Source: Methanocaldococcus sp. 16A
GTDB taxonomy: Archaea > AGJL01 > Methanococci > Methanococcales > Methanocaldococcaceae
Strand: one strand, 5' to 3'
Assembly (NCBI GenBank): GCA_049860595.1
Contig: CP187551.1
Length of the DNA stretch: 64,000 nt
The notes under the pieces were generated by a model. It saw only the letters and a list, made by a program, of their open reading frames with translations. It did not search any database and was not told the origin of the DNA. A program made the translations under genes and the position numbers. Positions 10,673-21,937 of this stretch are shown in pieces. The stretch's first letter is position 1; each line of letters begins with the position of its first letter.

Positions 10673-11335
10673 GTGAAGGTTGCTATTTTAACCGATGGTA
10701 CTTATGGAGAGAGAGCTTATAAAATAATTAAATCAAAATTTCCATGTGATTTTATAACTGTTAATTATTATGGGGATTTTGATGAAATAACAATAAGTGA
10801 TGATGATATTCAAAAATTAAAAAATTATGATTTATTTATAACTTACACTCTAAATCCTGATTTAACCTACGAGCTCGTTAGAAAGATAAAAGAGCTCAAC
10901 AATAAAGCTTTTGTTCTTGTTGGAGCTTGGAAAGGAGAAGGATTTAAAAAACAAATTGAAAGGATTGGAAATGCTTTCTGCCCATATTTAATGTGTTATA
11001 TTGATGAAGATGAACTAAAAGATTATTTAGACAATTATCCTCAATTAAAAGAATTTTTAAAATATTTTGGGAAACCAAAAGTGAAATTATATGTTAAAAA
11101 TAATAAAATTGAAAAAATTGATGTTTTAAGAGAGGCTCCATGTGGTTCAACTTCTGAAACATTAAAAGAATTTGTTGGAAAAGAGTTTAATAATAAAACT
11201 TTAGTAGATATTGGTTTGAGAGTTCAACACTTTTGTAGGGCTGGGAAAATAAGGTTATTTGTAGAGAAAGAAGGAAAGAAAACAAAAGCTGGGAAAATAT
11301 TAGTTAATGGAATAGAAGTTATAAAATTGGATTAA
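10673..11335 (+). CDS. DUF166 family conserved archaeal protein
   Basis: YGERA, FGKP and R.APCGST motifs; GTG start after a GGTGA RBS. Confidence 0.7.
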   Translation: MKVAILTDGTYGERAYKIIKSKFPCDFITVNYYGDFDEITISDDDIQKLKNYDLFITYTLNPDLTYELVRKIKELNNKAFVLVGAWKGEGFKKQIERIGNAFCPYLMCYIDEDELKDYLDNYPQLKEFLKYFGKPKVKLYVKNNKIEKIDVLREAPCGSTSETLKEFVGKEFNNKTLVDIGLRVQHFCRAGKIRLFVEKEGKKTKAGKILVNGIEVIKLD

Positions 11336-12381
11336 TTTAATATTTCAAATTTAATATTATGCCCAAATAAATATAGCAAAGCTGAGCCAGTAATTTTTTT
11401 ACTATTGTTGTTGTATTTTTTTCCGCATATTTCAATTTCGAATTTTCTATTGTCAAATATATTAACTTCATACAATTTATTTTCAAAATTTTCAAATACA
11501 GCATCTTCTAATGGATTGAATTTCTTTAACTCATCTAAACTACTTAATGGCTTAACAATAAATCCAGTATAGCCATGTAGAGAATTTATAACCCTCAAAA
11601 GCCTTATATCATCATCCATAACTTTTTCATCCAATTCAAGTTTATTTTTAGTTTTTTCTATAATATTATAAATTTTGTTTTTGCTCTTTAAATTATCAAT
11701 AATTTTTTTCCAATTTTTTTCCTTTTCAAGTTTTTTTGTTGATATCCTTTTATCTTTTTCTTTAATCGCCTTTGTAAGTCTTCTTCTCCAACCACTACCA
11801 ACTGAATTTAAATTTAAATTTTCTCCTAATATGTAGCCCATTAAAAACCTTCTGTCCTCTTTTGAATAATTTTCAATGATATTCCTAATTTCTTCATCCT
11901 TTGGTTTTATATAGATGTGATAGCCCCTATTTCCACTAAACACAATCTTTAAATCTTCTTCATTTAAACCAAAGTCAGGAATTAAAAATTCTTCAATCAA
12001 GTAAATAGCTTGATTTTTTGCTTCCTCTAAGCAATGTTTGCAAATCCAATCTTCATCATGATTACATTTTTTTGTTTTATGCACATCAATATCAAACGCC
12101 AATTCTCTCCTGAATATACCTTTTTTAGCAGCTCCACCAGATTTGTTTGGGTAGAGCATATAAGCCAAAGATTTATAGAGATGCATTGGAGCATTTTTTA
12201 AAACCCAGTCTTTGTATTCTCTCTCATTTTTAAAGGATAGATTTCTGTTATCAACCTTATTTAAATATCCATAACCAAATTCCCTATACTCTATACAATC
12301 TGGAACTTCAAGAATGTTGTTTTTTATTGCAAAGCTATAATATTCCTTATACAATTTCTGAACTTCTACAAAGATGTTCAT
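11332..12381 (-). CDS. priS: DNA primase catalytic (small) subunit
   Basis: REFG, ELAFDID, FSGNRGYH and D..V..D..RLLR motifs. Real start is probably ATG 12381; the longer ORF runs through a repeat. Confidence 0.93.
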   Translation of the reverse strand: MNIFVEVQKLYKEYYSFAIKNNILEVPDCIEYREFGYGYLNKVDNRNLSFKNEREYKDWVLKNAPMHLYKSLAYMLYPNKSGGAAKKGIFRRELAFDIDVHKTKKCNHDEDWICKHCLEEAKNQAIYLIEEFLIPDFGLNEEDLKIVFSGNRGYHIYIKPKDEEIRNIIENYSKEDRRFLMGYILGENLNLNSVGSGWRRRLTKAIKEKDKRISTKKLEKEKNWKKIIDNLKSKNKIYNIIEKTKNKLELDEKVMDDDIRLLRVINSLHGYTGFIVKPLSSLDELKKFNPLEDAVFENFENKLYEVNIFDNRKFEIEICGKKYNNNSKKITGSALLYLFGHNIKFEILN

Positions 12382-12403
12382 TATATATCCCTCAATTTTT
12401 AGT

Positions 12404-12497
12404 ATAGGTCTTTTGCAGGGATAAATATTAAAAGGTAGATTTAATGCCCTTGGCGTCATTTTTTCCTTATTAATTATATAAACTGCGAAAGTCCTAA
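12404..12497. repeat. Palindromic MITE-like repeat (94 bp), flanked by TAGT/TAGT
   Basis: ATAGGTCTTTTGCAG...CTGCGAAAGTCCTAA; internal TAATGCC-CTT-GGCGTCA. Confidence 0.85.
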
Positions 12498-12548
12498 TAG
12501 TAATATAACATATCAAAAAAAACTCAATAAATTTTTTATGGTGATACA

Positions 12549-13547
12549 ATGATTTTGGGAATAGATATTGGTGGGGCAAATACAAAAATTACTGAGATTG
12601 AGGGAGAAAATTATAACATTCATCACATCTATTTTCCAATGTGGAAGAAAAAGGATGAATTAGAGGATTTATTAAAAAACTATAATGATAATGTTGATTA
12701 TGTTGCCTTAGTTATGACTGCTGAATTGGCTGACTGCTACAAAACAAAAAAAGAAGGAGTTGAGGATATAATAAATAAAGTTGAAAAATCCTTTGACTGC
12801 CCAATATATGTATTTGATGTTAATGGAAACTTTTTAACTTCAGAAGAAGCTAAAAAAAATTATTTAGATGTTTCAGCGTCAAATTGGATGGCTACTGCCA
12901 AATTAGTTTCAGAGTTTATAAAAGATAGTTGTATTTTGGTTGATATGGGCTCTACAACCACAGATATAATCCCAATAAAAGATAAAAATATTCTATCTGA
13001 AAAAACAGATTTGGATAGGATGATGAACAACCAGTTAGTTTATGTAGGAACTTTAAGAACTCCTGTTAGTTTTTTAGCCAATAAAATAGAGTTTAGAGGA
13101 AAATTAACTAATCTATCTTCAGAGTACTTTGCCATTACTGCAGATATTTCTCTAATTTTAAATAAAATTACAGAAGAAGATTACACCTGTGACACTCCAG
13201 ATGGGGCTGGAAAAGATTTTGAAAGTTGCTTAACAAGGTTAGCGAGAGTTTTATGTGCCGATAGAGAAATAGTTAGTGATAATGAATTAATAGATTTTGC
13301 TAATAAGCTTTATAGTAATCTCCTAAACTTAATTAGAGAAAATGTTGATACTATTGCAAAAAGATACAATTTAAATGATGTGGTTATAACTGGTTTGGGA
13401 GAGGAAATTTTAAAAGATGCCTTAGATGGCTATAATATAATATCAATAAAAGAAACCTATGGTAAAGATGTTTCCTTAGCAACTCCAAGTTTTGCTGTAG
13501 CTAAATTATTACAAAAGCAATTAAATGAACATAAAAAAATGATATAA
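12549..13547 (+). CDS. mfnF: Methanofuran biosynthesis enzyme MfnF (ASKHA/hydantoinase-like, MJ0840 family)
   Basis: GIDIGGANTK, MTAELAD, D.GSTTTDIIP, RTP and TPDG motifs; synteny. Confidence 0.85.
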   Translation: MILGIDIGGANTKITEIEGENYNIHHIYFPMWKKKDELEDLLKNYNDNVDYVALVMTAELADCYKTKKEGVEDIINKVEKSFDCPIYVFDVNGNFLTSEEAKKNYLDVSASNWMATAKLVSEFIKDSCILVDMGSTTTDIIPIKDKNILSEKTDLDRMMNNQLVYVGTLRTPVSFLANKIEFRGKLTNLSSEYFAITADISLILNKITEEDYTCDTPDGAGKDFESCLTRLARVLCADREIVSDNELIDFANKLYSNLLNLIRENVDTIAKRYNLNDVVITGLGEEILKDALDGYNIISIKETYGKDVSLATPSFAVAKLLQKQLNEHKKMI

Positions 13548-13557
13548 TAATTATTTT

Positions 13558-14805
13558 TTATTGTTTTTTCATTCCAAAGAAATTTATCATGCCAATTAAT
13601 TCCTCAAATGCTTCAATTTCAAATTTTAATGCTTCTTCTTTGCTATATATTCCACTAACCTCTCCATCTAAGGTTAATTGCACCACTCCTCTAACAACTA
13701 TTCTATCTATTCCATCCCTTCTTAAAATCTCTTCAGCAACTTTGTCATGAACAAAAGCCTTTGGAGGAATAAAAACTGTCTCTTTAACATCTTTTAAATC
13801 CAATTTTTCTAAATCCTTAGCAGTTATTAAATCGGCAATATCTTTATTAACTTTAACAACATTTACAGATGTTTCATCAAAAATCTTTTTTAAAAATGGA
13901 TATGCAACATTTCCAGTAATTATTGTTGCTTCACCATTTATTTTGTTTTTTAATTTTTCTAAGATATGGTTGTTTTCTTCTTTAGCCAATGCAAATGGAG
14001 TTCCAGCAACTGGGTCGTGTAAAGGAGTTCCAGTAACTCTAATATAATCTCCAAACTCATTATGGATTTCATCAACTATGTTTTTAAATTCTTCAACTGA
14101 ATGTGTTCTTATATTCTCAATTAGAGGAGCGTTTCCTAAAATTAGTCCCTGCTCTTCAGTATTTGCAAATCTCATCAATATAACTGCCTTAGCTCCCCAA
14201 TCAACTAAATCAGAAACTGTTTTCTTCAACTCATTACCATCATTAATCCCTGGAATAACAATTATTGCACAATGAACCTCACAATGCTCACAAAAATATC
14301 TTAGGCATTTTAAAGCAGTTTCAGCATTTTTATCGTTCATCCAGTCTTTCCTAAGCTTAGGATTTGTTGAAAAAACTGAAAAAGTTACTTCATCAACTCC
14401 ATAATCTACTAAGTTTTTTGCTATCTCTAAGGTATCAAAACCTTTTCCTGAAGTATATCCAAGATGAATCCTTAAACCCATATTGCTTATGAATTTGCAT
14501 AGCTCTTCTAATTGAGGATAACAGCTAACATCTCCTCCTCCAGTAATATTAACTTTTTTGTATCTTTTAAATAATAAACTACTTTGCAATTCCATTAGAG
14601 CAAATGGTAATGGTATGAAATCACCATTAATCTCTCTAACTGAGTACATACAATATTCGCAACCAACTGTAAATTGGCAGTATTTACATCCAAATGGTTT
14701 TGGATTGTTTTTATTAACTTTTCTAAAATAACAGAACTTACAAAATCCATTACAATTAATTCCTGGTTCTCCTTTCAAATCTATTAATAAATTAGCCTCT
14801 TTCAT
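13558..14805 (-). CDS. mmp10: Methanogenesis marker protein 10, radical SAM MCR arginine C-methyltransferase
   Basis: CNGFCKFC radical SAM motif plus an extra CKYC..GCEYC; divergent from mcrB. Confidence 0.92.
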   Translation of the reverse strand: MKEANLLIDLKGEPGINCNGFCKFCYFRKVNKNNPKPFGCKYCQFTVGCEYCMYSVREINGDFIPLPFALMELQSSLLFKRYKKVNITGGGDVSCYPQLEELCKFISNMGLRIHLGYTSGKGFDTLEIAKNLVDYGVDEVTFSVFSTNPKLRKDWMNDKNAETALKCLRYFCEHCEVHCAIIVIPGINDGNELKKTVSDLVDWGAKAVILMRFANTEEQGLILGNAPLIENIRTHSVEEFKNIVDEIHNEFGDYIRVTGTPLHDPVAGTPFALAKEENNHILEKLKNKINGEATIITGNVAYPFLKKIFDETSVNVVKVNKDIADLITAKDLEKLDLKDVKETVFIPPKAFVHDKVAEEILRRDGIDRIVVRGVVQLTLDGEVSGIYSKEEALKFEIEAFEELIGMINFFGMKKQ

Positions 14806-14842
14806 AATTTCACACTATAGTTATTATTTTTAATAAAAAATT

Positions 14843-14861
14843 TCAAATAGAAAACTTTATA
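14843..14861 (+). promoter_or_regulatory. Probable BRE/TATA promoter of the mcr operon
   Basis: TCAAATAGAAAACTTTATA, 18/19 identical to the element upstream of mtrE. Confidence 0.6.
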
Positions 14862-14945
14862 ATCTGGATTTCTTTCAATAAAATTATTATTGAGCTTTTA
14901 TGTTATATTTTAATTTTAAAACTTTGGCTGTAAATTCCAAATCTA

Positions 14946-14965
14946 TCTAATATATAAACCTTACG
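14946..14965 (-). promoter_or_regulatory. Probable BRE/TATA promoter of mmp10
   Basis: Minus strand CGTAAGGTTTATATATTAGA, 19/20 identical to the tRNA-Thr promoter at 10474-10493. Confidence 0.6.
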
Positions 14966-15041
14966 ATTTTATTCAAATGAAAAATTGGATATATATAAAA
15001 TGTGATAACTAATAACGAACCAATGTGTGGGAGTGATTCCT

Positions 15042-16376
15042 ATGGTAAAGTATAAAGATACAATAAACTTGTATGATGAGAAAGGTAACTTAGTAGAAGA
15101 AAATGTTCCATTAGAAGCAATCAGCCCATTATATAACCCAACAATCCAGAAGTTAGTTAAAGACGTTAAGAGAACAGTAGCAGTTAACTTAGCAGGTATA
15201 GAAAACGCTTTGAGAACTGGACAAGTTGGTGGAAAAGGTTGTATGATTAAAGGAAGAGAATTAGATTTACCAATTGTTGAAAACGCTGAAACAATCGCTG
15301 AATATGTTGAAAAAGTTGTTAGAGTTTCAGAAGATGATGATACTTCAGTTAAATTAATCAACGATGGAAAACAGATGGCTGTTCAAATCCCAACAAAGAG
15401 ATTAGATGTTGCTGCAGAATATTCAGTTTCTGTTTTAGTTACAGGTCAGGCATTAAAAGAGGCTATAATTAGAACATTCGATGTTGATATATTCGATGCT
15501 CCAATGGTTCACGCAGCTGTTTTGGGAGGCTATCCTCATGAAGTTACAATGAAAGGTTCAAACATCGCTGCTTTATTAGGTAGTCCATTATCCTTAGAAG
15601 GGCCAGGATATGCATTAAGAAACATTATGGCAAACCACTTCGTTGCATGTACAAAGAAAAATGTCATGAACGCTGTTGCATTTGCTTCAATTATGGAACA
15701 AACAGCAATGTTTGAAATGGGAGATGCTGTTGGGTTATTTGAAAGATTACACTTGTTAGGTTTAGCTTACCAAGGATTAAATGCAGACAACTTAGTAATT
15801 GACTTAGTAAAAGCAAACGGTAAGAATGGAACTGTTGGTACAGTAGTAGCTTCAGTAGTTGAGAGAGCTTTAGAGGATGGAGTTATTAAGGAAGATAAGA
15901 CATTACCATCAGGATTTACAATGTATAAGCCAGTTGATGTTGCTAAGTGGAACGCTTATGCTGCGGCTGGTTTAGTTGCTGCAGTTATAGTTAACGTTGG
16001 TGCTGCAAGAGCAGCACAAAACGTTGCATCAACAATTCTCTACTATAACGATATCTTGGAATATGAAACAGGATTGCCTGGAGTTGACTTCGGTAGATGT
16101 GAAGGTACAGCAGTAGGATTTAGTTTCTTCAGTCACTCAATCTATGGTGGAGGAGGTCCTGGTATCTTCAACGGAAACCACATCGTTACAAGACACTCAA
16201 AAGGATTTGCTATCCCACCAGTTGCAGCTGCAATGTGTTTAGATGCTGGAACTCAGATGTTCTCACCAGAAAGAACTTCAGCATTGGTAGGTACTGTCTT
16301 CAGTGCAATTGATGAATTCAGAGAACCATTGAAGTACGTTATAAAAGGAGCATTAGAAGTTAAAGACAAAATCTAA
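15042..16376 (+). CDS. mcrB: Methyl-coenzyme M reductase beta subunit
   Basis: [15 protein letters not shown] motif; first gene of mcrBDCGA. Confidence 0.98.
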   Translation: MVKYKDTINLYDEKGNLVEENVPLEAISPLYNPTIQKLVKDVKRTVAVNLAGIENALRTGQVGGKGCMIKGRELDLPIVENAETIAEYVEKVVRVSEDDDTSVKLINDGKQMAVQIPTKRLDVAAEYSVSVLVTGQALKEAIIRTFDVDIFDAPMVHAAVLGGYPHEVTMKGSNIAALLGSPLSLEGPGYALRNIMANHFVACTKKNVMNAVAFASIMEQTAMFEMGDAVGLFERLHLLGLAYQGLNADNLVIDLVKANGKNGTVGTVVASVVERALEDGVIKEDKTLPSGFTMYKPVDVAKWNAYAAAGLVAAVIVNVGAARAAQNVASTILYYNDILEYETGLPGVDFGRCEGTAVGFSFFSHSIYGGGGPGIFNGNHIVTRHSKGFAIPPVAAAMCLDAGTQMFSPERTSALVGTVFSAIDEFREPLKYVIKGALEVKDKI

Positions 16377-16394
16377 AATCTTTAAGTGATTGTA

Positions 16395-16886
16395 ATGGTT
16401 GAAGTTGAAGTCTTCCCACATAGGTATTTGAAAGCTTCTACAACTGAAAAATTCCTAAATAAAATCTATGACTTGAAGACCGTGGAGAGGGTAGTTATCC
16501 ACGGTCAGCCCCTCCCTAAAGTTATCACTTATGGACCAGCAAGAGGTTTGCCAGTGAATCATACAGAGAGAAAAATAATATATGTTAAAGGAGTTCCAGT
16601 GGAGCTTACAGTGATGGCAGGAAGATTTTGGATAACTCTCAGTGATGATAGCGAGTTGGATAAATTAGATGCTATATGCAAGGAAATGTTTCCATTTGGA
16701 TATAATTTAAGAGTTGGAAAATTCTTGAAAGATAAACCAACAGTTACAGATTATATAAAATATGGTGAAGATGGCGTCTTCCTAATAAATGAGATGGATA
16801 GAAGATTGATAGGAATGGTTGACCCAAGAAGTAGAATGGTTAACTCTGTTACAGTTGTAGAAAAAGAAGAAGAAAAAGAGGAATAA
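16395..16886 (+). CDS. mcrD: Methyl-coenzyme M reductase operon protein D
   Basis: FPHR.L...TTEKFLN, YGPARG and PTVTDY motifs. Confidence 0.96.
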   Translation: MVEVEVFPHRYLKASTTEKFLNKIYDLKTVERVVIHGQPLPKVITYGPARGLPVNHTERKIIYVKGVPVELTVMAGRFWITLSDDSELDKLDAICKEMFPFGYNLRVGKFLKDKPTVTDYIKYGEDGVFLINEMDRRLIGMVDPRSRMVNSVTVVEKEEEKEE

Positions 16887-16887
16887 T

Positions 16888-17490
16888 ATGCCAGTAGGTA
16901 GAAGAGAGCAAATTGTGGATTGTAGGTCAGTGATGGGTTTAGGAGAAGGGGGAGGATTAGCACAGAGAGGGACATTTGCAGAGGCGTTAAAAAATGATGT
17001 AGTAGTTGTAGCGATGTCACCAGGGAGGAGGCATATAACAAAACCTGTGTGTGAGATAACTTATGGAATAAGGGAGGCAGGAATTCAAACAAGTGTTTTA
17101 GTTTTAAATGCTGGTTCAGGAATTCCACATGATGCTCCAAGGGGAGCTTTAGGTTCTACCTTTGGTATTAAACCAGAAGAAGCAGAGCAAATAAATAGAC
17201 ACAAGCTATGTGTTGTCCATTTCGGAAACGTTATTAGCCATGTTGTTTATAAAGCAGGTCTTCTCTTAAAATATGTAAAAATTCCAACGATTATTGTCTG
17301 TCAAGCTCCTGTAGATATGGAAGACCTTGCTAAATATGGTATAAAGACAAGAGATGTTATGCCTTTGGAACCTAAAACTGAAGGAATGGTTGTTGATATT
17401 GTAACTGGGGTGATTAGGGGAGAGTCTTGTCCTCAAAGTAAAATTGATGAAATAATAAAGAAAATAAAGTTTCATTTAAACTTAAATTGA
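16888..17490 (+). CDS. mcrC: Methyl-coenzyme M reductase operon protein C
   Basis: [13 protein letters not shown] and [12 protein letters not shown] motifs. Confidence 0.96.
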   Translation: MPVGRREQIVDCRSVMGLGEGGGLAQRGTFAEALKNDVVVVAMSPGRRHITKPVCEITYGIREAGIQTSVLVLNAGSGIPHDAPRGALGSTFGIKPEEAEQINRHKLCVVHFGNVISHVVYKAGLLLKYVKIPTIIVCQAPVDMEDLAKYGIKTRDVMPLEPKTEGMVVDIVTGVIRGESCPQSKIDEIIKKIKFHLNLN

Positions 17491-17499
17491 GGTGATTGT

Positions 17500-18282
17500 A
17501 TGGCATACAAGCCACAGTTCTACCCTGGTCAAACAAAAATTGCTCAAAATAGAAGAGACCACATGAACCCAGATGTTCAGTTAGAAAAGTTGAGAGACAT
17601 TCCAGATGATGATGTTGTTAAAATAATGGGTCACAGACAGCCAGGAGAAGATTACAAAACAGTTCACCCTCCATTAGAAGAAATGGACTTGCCAGAAGAC
17701 TACGTAAGAGATTTAGTTGAGCCAATCAACGGAGCTAAGGAAGGGCATAGAATTAGATACATTCAGTTTGCTGATTCAATGTACTTCGCTCCAGCTCAAC
17801 CTTATGACAGAGCAAGAACATACATGTGGAGGTTTAGAGGAGTAGATACAGGTACCTTATCAGGAAGACAAGTTATTGAGATGAGAGAAAGTGACTTAGA
17901 AGCGTTATCAAAGAACTTCTTAATTGATACAGCATTCTTCGACCCAGCAAGATGTGGTATTAGAGGGGCTACAGTTCATGGACACTCATTGAGATTGGAT
18001 GAAAATGGTTTAATGTTCGATGCTCTCCAGAGATACGTGTATGATGAGAAAACAGGACACGTTGTCTATGTTAAAGACCAAGTTGGAAGACCATTAGATG
18101 AACCAGTAGATGTCGGAGAACCATTACCAGAAGAAAAATTGAAAGAAATTACAACAATCTACAGAATTGATGGAGTTCCAATGAGAGACGATGAAGAATT
18201 ATTGACAGTCGTTAAGAGAATCCACAGAGCTAGAACCTTAGGAGGATTCTTACCAGTTGAAGATGTCTTCGAGAAACTCTAA
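17500..18282 (+). CDS. mcrG: Methyl-coenzyme M reductase gamma subunit
   Basis: DTGTLSGRQ and RGATVHGHSLRL motifs. Confidence 0.98.
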   Translation: MAYKPQFYPGQTKIAQNRRDHMNPDVQLEKLRDIPDDDVVKIMGHRQPGEDYKTVHPPLEEMDLPEDYVRDLVEPINGAKEGHRIRYIQFADSMYFAPAQPYDRARTYMWRFRGVDTGTLSGRQVIEMRESDLEALSKNFLIDTAFFDPARCGIRGATVHGHSLRLDENGLMFDALQRYVYDEKTGHVVYVKDQVGRPLDEPVDVGEPLPEEKLKEITTIYRIDGVPMRDDEELLTVVKRIHRARTLGGFLPVEDVFEKL

Positions 18283-18419
18283 GCTTTGGGGCTGTGCCCA
18301 TTTAATTATAAACTTTTATCCAAAAATTAAAAACCAAAAAAACTTAAACCTTAAAGAATCTCCAAATAAAACTTAATAACAAAAAATAAAAATAAAACGT
18401 CCTCACAGAGGTGAGCCCG

Positions 18420-20081
18420 ATGGATGCTGAAAAAAGATTGTTCTTAAAAGCATTAAAGGAGAAGTTTGAAGAAGACCCAAAAGAAAAATACACTAAGTTC
18501 TACATCTTCGGAGGATGGAAACAGTCAGCAAGAAAGAGAGAATTCGTTGAGGCTGCACAAAAATTAATTGAGAAGAGAGGAGGAATTCCATTCTACAACC
18601 CAGATATTGGGGTTCCATTAGGGCAAAGAAAATTAATGCCTTACAAAGTTTCAAATACAGATGCAATTGTTGAAGGGGATGACTTACACTTCATGAACAA
18701 CGCTGCAATGCAGCAGTTTTGGGATGACATTAGAAGAACAGTAATTGTTGGTATGGACACAGCTCACGCTGTATTAGAGAAAAGATTAGGGGTAGAAGTT
18801 ACACCAGAAACAATTAACGAATACATGGAGACTATTAACCACGCTTTACCAGGAGGGGCTGTTGTCCAAGAGCACATGGTTGAGGTACACCCAGCATTAG
18901 TTTGGGACTGTTATGCTAAGATATTCACTGGAGATGACGAATTAGCTGATGAAATTGACAAAAGATTCTTAATCGACATTAACAAGTTATTCCCAGAAGA
19001 GCAAGCAGAGCAAATCAAGAAAGCAATCGGTAAGAGGACATACCAAGTTTCAAGAGTTCCAACATTAGTTGGTAGAGTTTGTGATGGGGGGACAATAGCA
19101 AGATGGAGTGCTATGCAGATTGGAATGTCATTCATTACAGCTTACAAGTTGTGTGCTGGAGAGGCAGCTATCGCTGACTTCTCATACGCTGCAAAACACG
19201 CAGATGTTATTCAAATGGCTTCATTCTTACCTGCAAGGAGAGCAAGAGGTCCAAATGAACCTGGAGGAATGTTCTTCGGAGTTTTAGCTGATGTTGTTCA
19301 GACTTCAAGAGTTTCAGACGACCCAGTTGAACAGTCATTAGAAGTCGTTGCAGCAGGAGCTATGCTCTATGACCAAATCTGGTTAGGAAGTTACATGTCT
19401 GGAGGGGTTGGATTCACACAGTATGCTACTGCATCCTATACAGATGACATCTTAGATGACTTCTCATACTATGGATACGATTACGTAACCAAGAAATATG
19501 GAGGATGTAATAGCGTAAAACCAACAATGGATGTTGTTGAAGACATTGCAACAGAAGTTACATTATATGCGTTAGAGCAATACGACAGCTTCCCAGCTTT
19601 ATTAGAAGACCACTTCGGAGGTTCACAAAGAGCTGCAGTTACCGCAGCTGCATCAGGTATTTCAGTAGCATTGGCTACTGGAAACTCAAACGCTGGACTT
19701 AACGGATGGTACTTAAGCCAAATAATGCATAAAGAATACCACAGCAGATTAGGATTCTACGGATATGACTTGCAAGACCAGTGTGGAGCAGCTAACTCAT
19801 TGTCATTCAGAAACGATGAAGGTTCACCATTAGAGTTAAGAGGTCCAAACTATCCAAACTATGCAATGAACGTTGGTCACCAAGGAGAGTATGCTGGAAT
19901 TACACAAGCAGCACACTCAGCAAGAGGTGATGCTTTCGCACTCAACCCATTAATTAAAGTTGCATTCGCAGACCCATCATTAATCTTCGACTTCAGATAC
20001 CCAAGAAAAGAGTTTGCAAGAGGTGCTTTAAGAGAGTTCGAACCTGCTGGAGAAAGAGACCCAATCATTCCAGCTCACTAA
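18420..20081 (+). CDS. mcrA: Methyl-coenzyme M reductase alpha subunit
   Basis: [26 protein letters not shown] and NYAMNVGH motifs. Confidence 0.99.
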   Translation: MDAEKRLFLKALKEKFEEDPKEKYTKFYIFGGWKQSARKREFVEAAQKLIEKRGGIPFYNPDIGVPLGQRKLMPYKVSNTDAIVEGDDLHFMNNAAMQQFWDDIRRTVIVGMDTAHAVLEKRLGVEVTPETINEYMETINHALPGGAVVQEHMVEVHPALVWDCYAKIFTGDDELADEIDKRFLIDINKLFPEEQAEQIKKAIGKRTYQVSRVPTLVGRVCDGGTIARWSAMQIGMSFITAYKLCAGEAAIADFSYAAKHADVIQMASFLPARRARGPNEPGGMFFGVLADVVQTSRVSDDPVEQSLEVVAAGAMLYDQIWLGSYMSGGVGFTQYATASYTDDILDDFSYYGYDYVTKKYGGCNSVKPTMDVVEDIATEVTLYALEQYDSFPALLEDHFGGSQRAAVTAAASGISVALATGNSNAGLNGWYLSQIMHKEYHSRLGFYGYDLQDQCGAANSLSFRNDEGSPLELRGPNYPNYAMNVGHQGEYAGITQAAHSARGDAFALNPLIKVAFADPSLIFDFRYPRKEFARGALREFEPAGERDPIIPAH

Positions 20082-20087
20082 ATCTAA

Positions 20088-20103
20088 ATTTTTTTATTTT
20101 TTT
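20088..20103 (+). terminator. Oligo-T terminator of the mcr operon
   Basis: T-rich tract directly after the mcrA stop. Confidence 0.5.
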
Positions 20104-20246
20104 ATTATGTTGTCATTGTTAAGAGTATTAAAACATAAAATTCAAAAAACTAAGATTTGATTAAGATTTGGTTAATTTTCTAGAAATTTAGAATGTTTTT
20201 CTAATTAAAAGAAAGTTAAATAAAAATTAAGTGAATTTTAACAGAA

Positions 20247-20268
20247 TCAAATAGAAAACCTTATATAT
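20247..20268 (+). promoter_or_regulatory. BRE/TATA promoter of the mtr operon
   Basis: TCAAATAGAAAACCTTATATAT, about 45 bp upstream of the mtrE start. Confidence 0.7.
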
Positions 20269-20313
20269 TAACCTATATAAAAACTAACTTTTATGTAAAA
20301 TGAGGTGATAGGG

Positions 20314-21216
20314 ATGGATGCAACACTAATCGCCCTTGGGGCTCTTGCCTTAAGTGGTGCATTGGCAACAGTTGCTGGATGTGCAGAAGATTTAGAATCT
20401 GATGTAGGTTCTCAGTCAAACCCAAACTCACAGGTTCAGTTAGCTCCACAGATGGGGAATATACACAGATACTTTAACAAAGCTATATCAGGGGAGCCAG
20501 TTTCTTATGGTTTGTATGTAGCAGTTGCAGGAACAGTAGCTTATGCTATTATGCAGATGGGATTAAATCCAATTTTGTCATTAATCTTAGGAGCTGGTGT
20601 TGCAGCATTTGTTCATGGAGCTTATGCAATTTCAGCATACTTAGGAAGAATTGTAGGGCAGTCAAAGAACTTTGGGCAGCCAGTTTATTGGGATGTTGTA
20701 ATGAGCCATATTGGGCCAATTGTTGGACACGGTTTTATTGCTGTCTTTTGTATGGTTTTAATGGCTTACTTAGCTAATGCTGTATTAGGAAATCCATTCC
20801 CGTTACCATTGATTGCATTGATATTTGGGATTACTGTAGGGGCAATTGGTTCATCAACTGGAGACGTTCACTATGGGGCTGAAAGAGAATATCAGAAATA
20901 TCCATTTGGAGGAGGAGTGCCTGTTGCTAACCATGGAGATATTGATATTAAAGCAGAATACGGTTTAAGAAATGGAATGGATTCATCATACTTCTGTGTT
21001 AGAGTAGGAGGAGTCTTAACTGGTTTATGCTTTGGTTTTATTGTTTTCTTAGATGGTTGGAGAGGAATTATTGGGGATGTATTACAAGGAGAAAATGTTA
21101 TTTCAGCGTCAGTCATCTCAGTAGTTGTAGGTTTAATAATCATAGCTTTATTGGCTATAGCTAACAGAAAGGTTGAGGTATTTGCAAGAAACAAATATGG
21201 TCCATACACAAAATAA
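20314..21216 (+). CDS. mtrE: Tetrahydromethanopterin S-methyltransferase subunit E
   Basis: AEDLESDVGSQSNPNSQVQLAPQ motif. Confidence 0.97.
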   Translation: MDATLIALGALALSGALATVAGCAEDLESDVGSQSNPNSQVQLAPQMGNIHRYFNKAISGEPVSYGLYVAVAGTVAYAIMQMGLNPILSLILGAGVAAFVHGAYAISAYLGRIVGQSKNFGQPVYWDVVMSHIGPIVGHGFIAVFCMVLMAYLANAVLGNPFPLPLIALIFGITVGAIGSSTGDVHYGAEREYQKYPFGGGVPVANHGDIDIKAEYGLRNGMDSSYFCVRVGGVLTGLCFGFIVFLDGWRGIIGDVLQGENVISASVISVVVGLIIIALLAIANRKVEVFARNKYGPYTK

Positions 21217-21228
21217 AGGTGATATTTT

Positions 21229-21918
21229 ATGGATGCAAGTTTGTTAATTTCATTAGCTGAAATAACTATTGCAGGAGCGATAATTAATGCAAGTGTTCAT
21301 TTTGTTCCTGTTGGAGGGGCACCAGCAGCAATGGCTACTTCAACAGGAGTTGGGACAGGAACAACCCAGTTAGCAGCAGGGGCTGGTTTCACTGGATTGA
21401 TGGCAGCAGCTGTAATGGCTTCAAAAGTAGGAACTGATGGCTTAGGACTCTTATTAATTTTATTATCTGGAGCTGTTGGTTCAATGATTATGCTTGGAGT
21501 TACAATGTTAATTGGGCAATTGATTTATGTATTTGGAGTTGGAGTAGTTCCTGCTGCAGATAAATGTGAGATAGATCCAATAACAAAAGATCCACAAAAA
21601 CCTTATGTTACACCAGGAACTACAGGACATGGAATCCCAACAGTTTGTTTCATTAGTGGTTTAATAGGGGCAGCTTTAGGAGGATTAGGAGGAGGTTTGG
21701 CATATATAGCATTGATAAATCTTGGATTCTCTCCAGCAGTTGCCGGAATGTTAGCAGTTGGTTTCTTCTTTATTAATGCAGTTCTTGCATCCTACAACAT
21801 TGGAGGTACTATTGAAGGTTTCCACGACCCAAAATTCAAGAAAATGCCTAATGGAGTTGTTGCATCATTAGTAGCCTCATTAGTTTGTGGAATAGTTGTG
21901 GTAGCAATGGCATTATAA
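21229..21918 (+). CDS. mtrD: Mtr subunit D
   Basis: [14 protein letters not shown] and [11 protein letters not shown] motifs. Confidence 0.97.
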   Translation: MDASLLISLAEITIAGAIINASVHFVPVGGAPAAMATSTGVGTGTTQLAAGAGFTGLMAAAVMASKVGTDGLGLLLILLSGAVGSMIMLGVTMLIGQLIYVFGVGVVPAADKCEIDPITKDPQKPYVTPGTTGHGIPTVCFISGLIGAALGGLGGGLAYIALINLGFSPAVAGMLAVGFFFINAVLASYNIGGTIEGFHDPKFKKMPNGVVASLVASLVCGIVVVAMAL

Positions 21919-21937
21919 AAAATTTTTTGGTGATAGT

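Noticed and set aside
12382-12585. Apparent 68-aa N-terminal extension of PriS
   Set aside because: Reads through the repeat and overlaps mfnF; the RBS supports ATG 12381.
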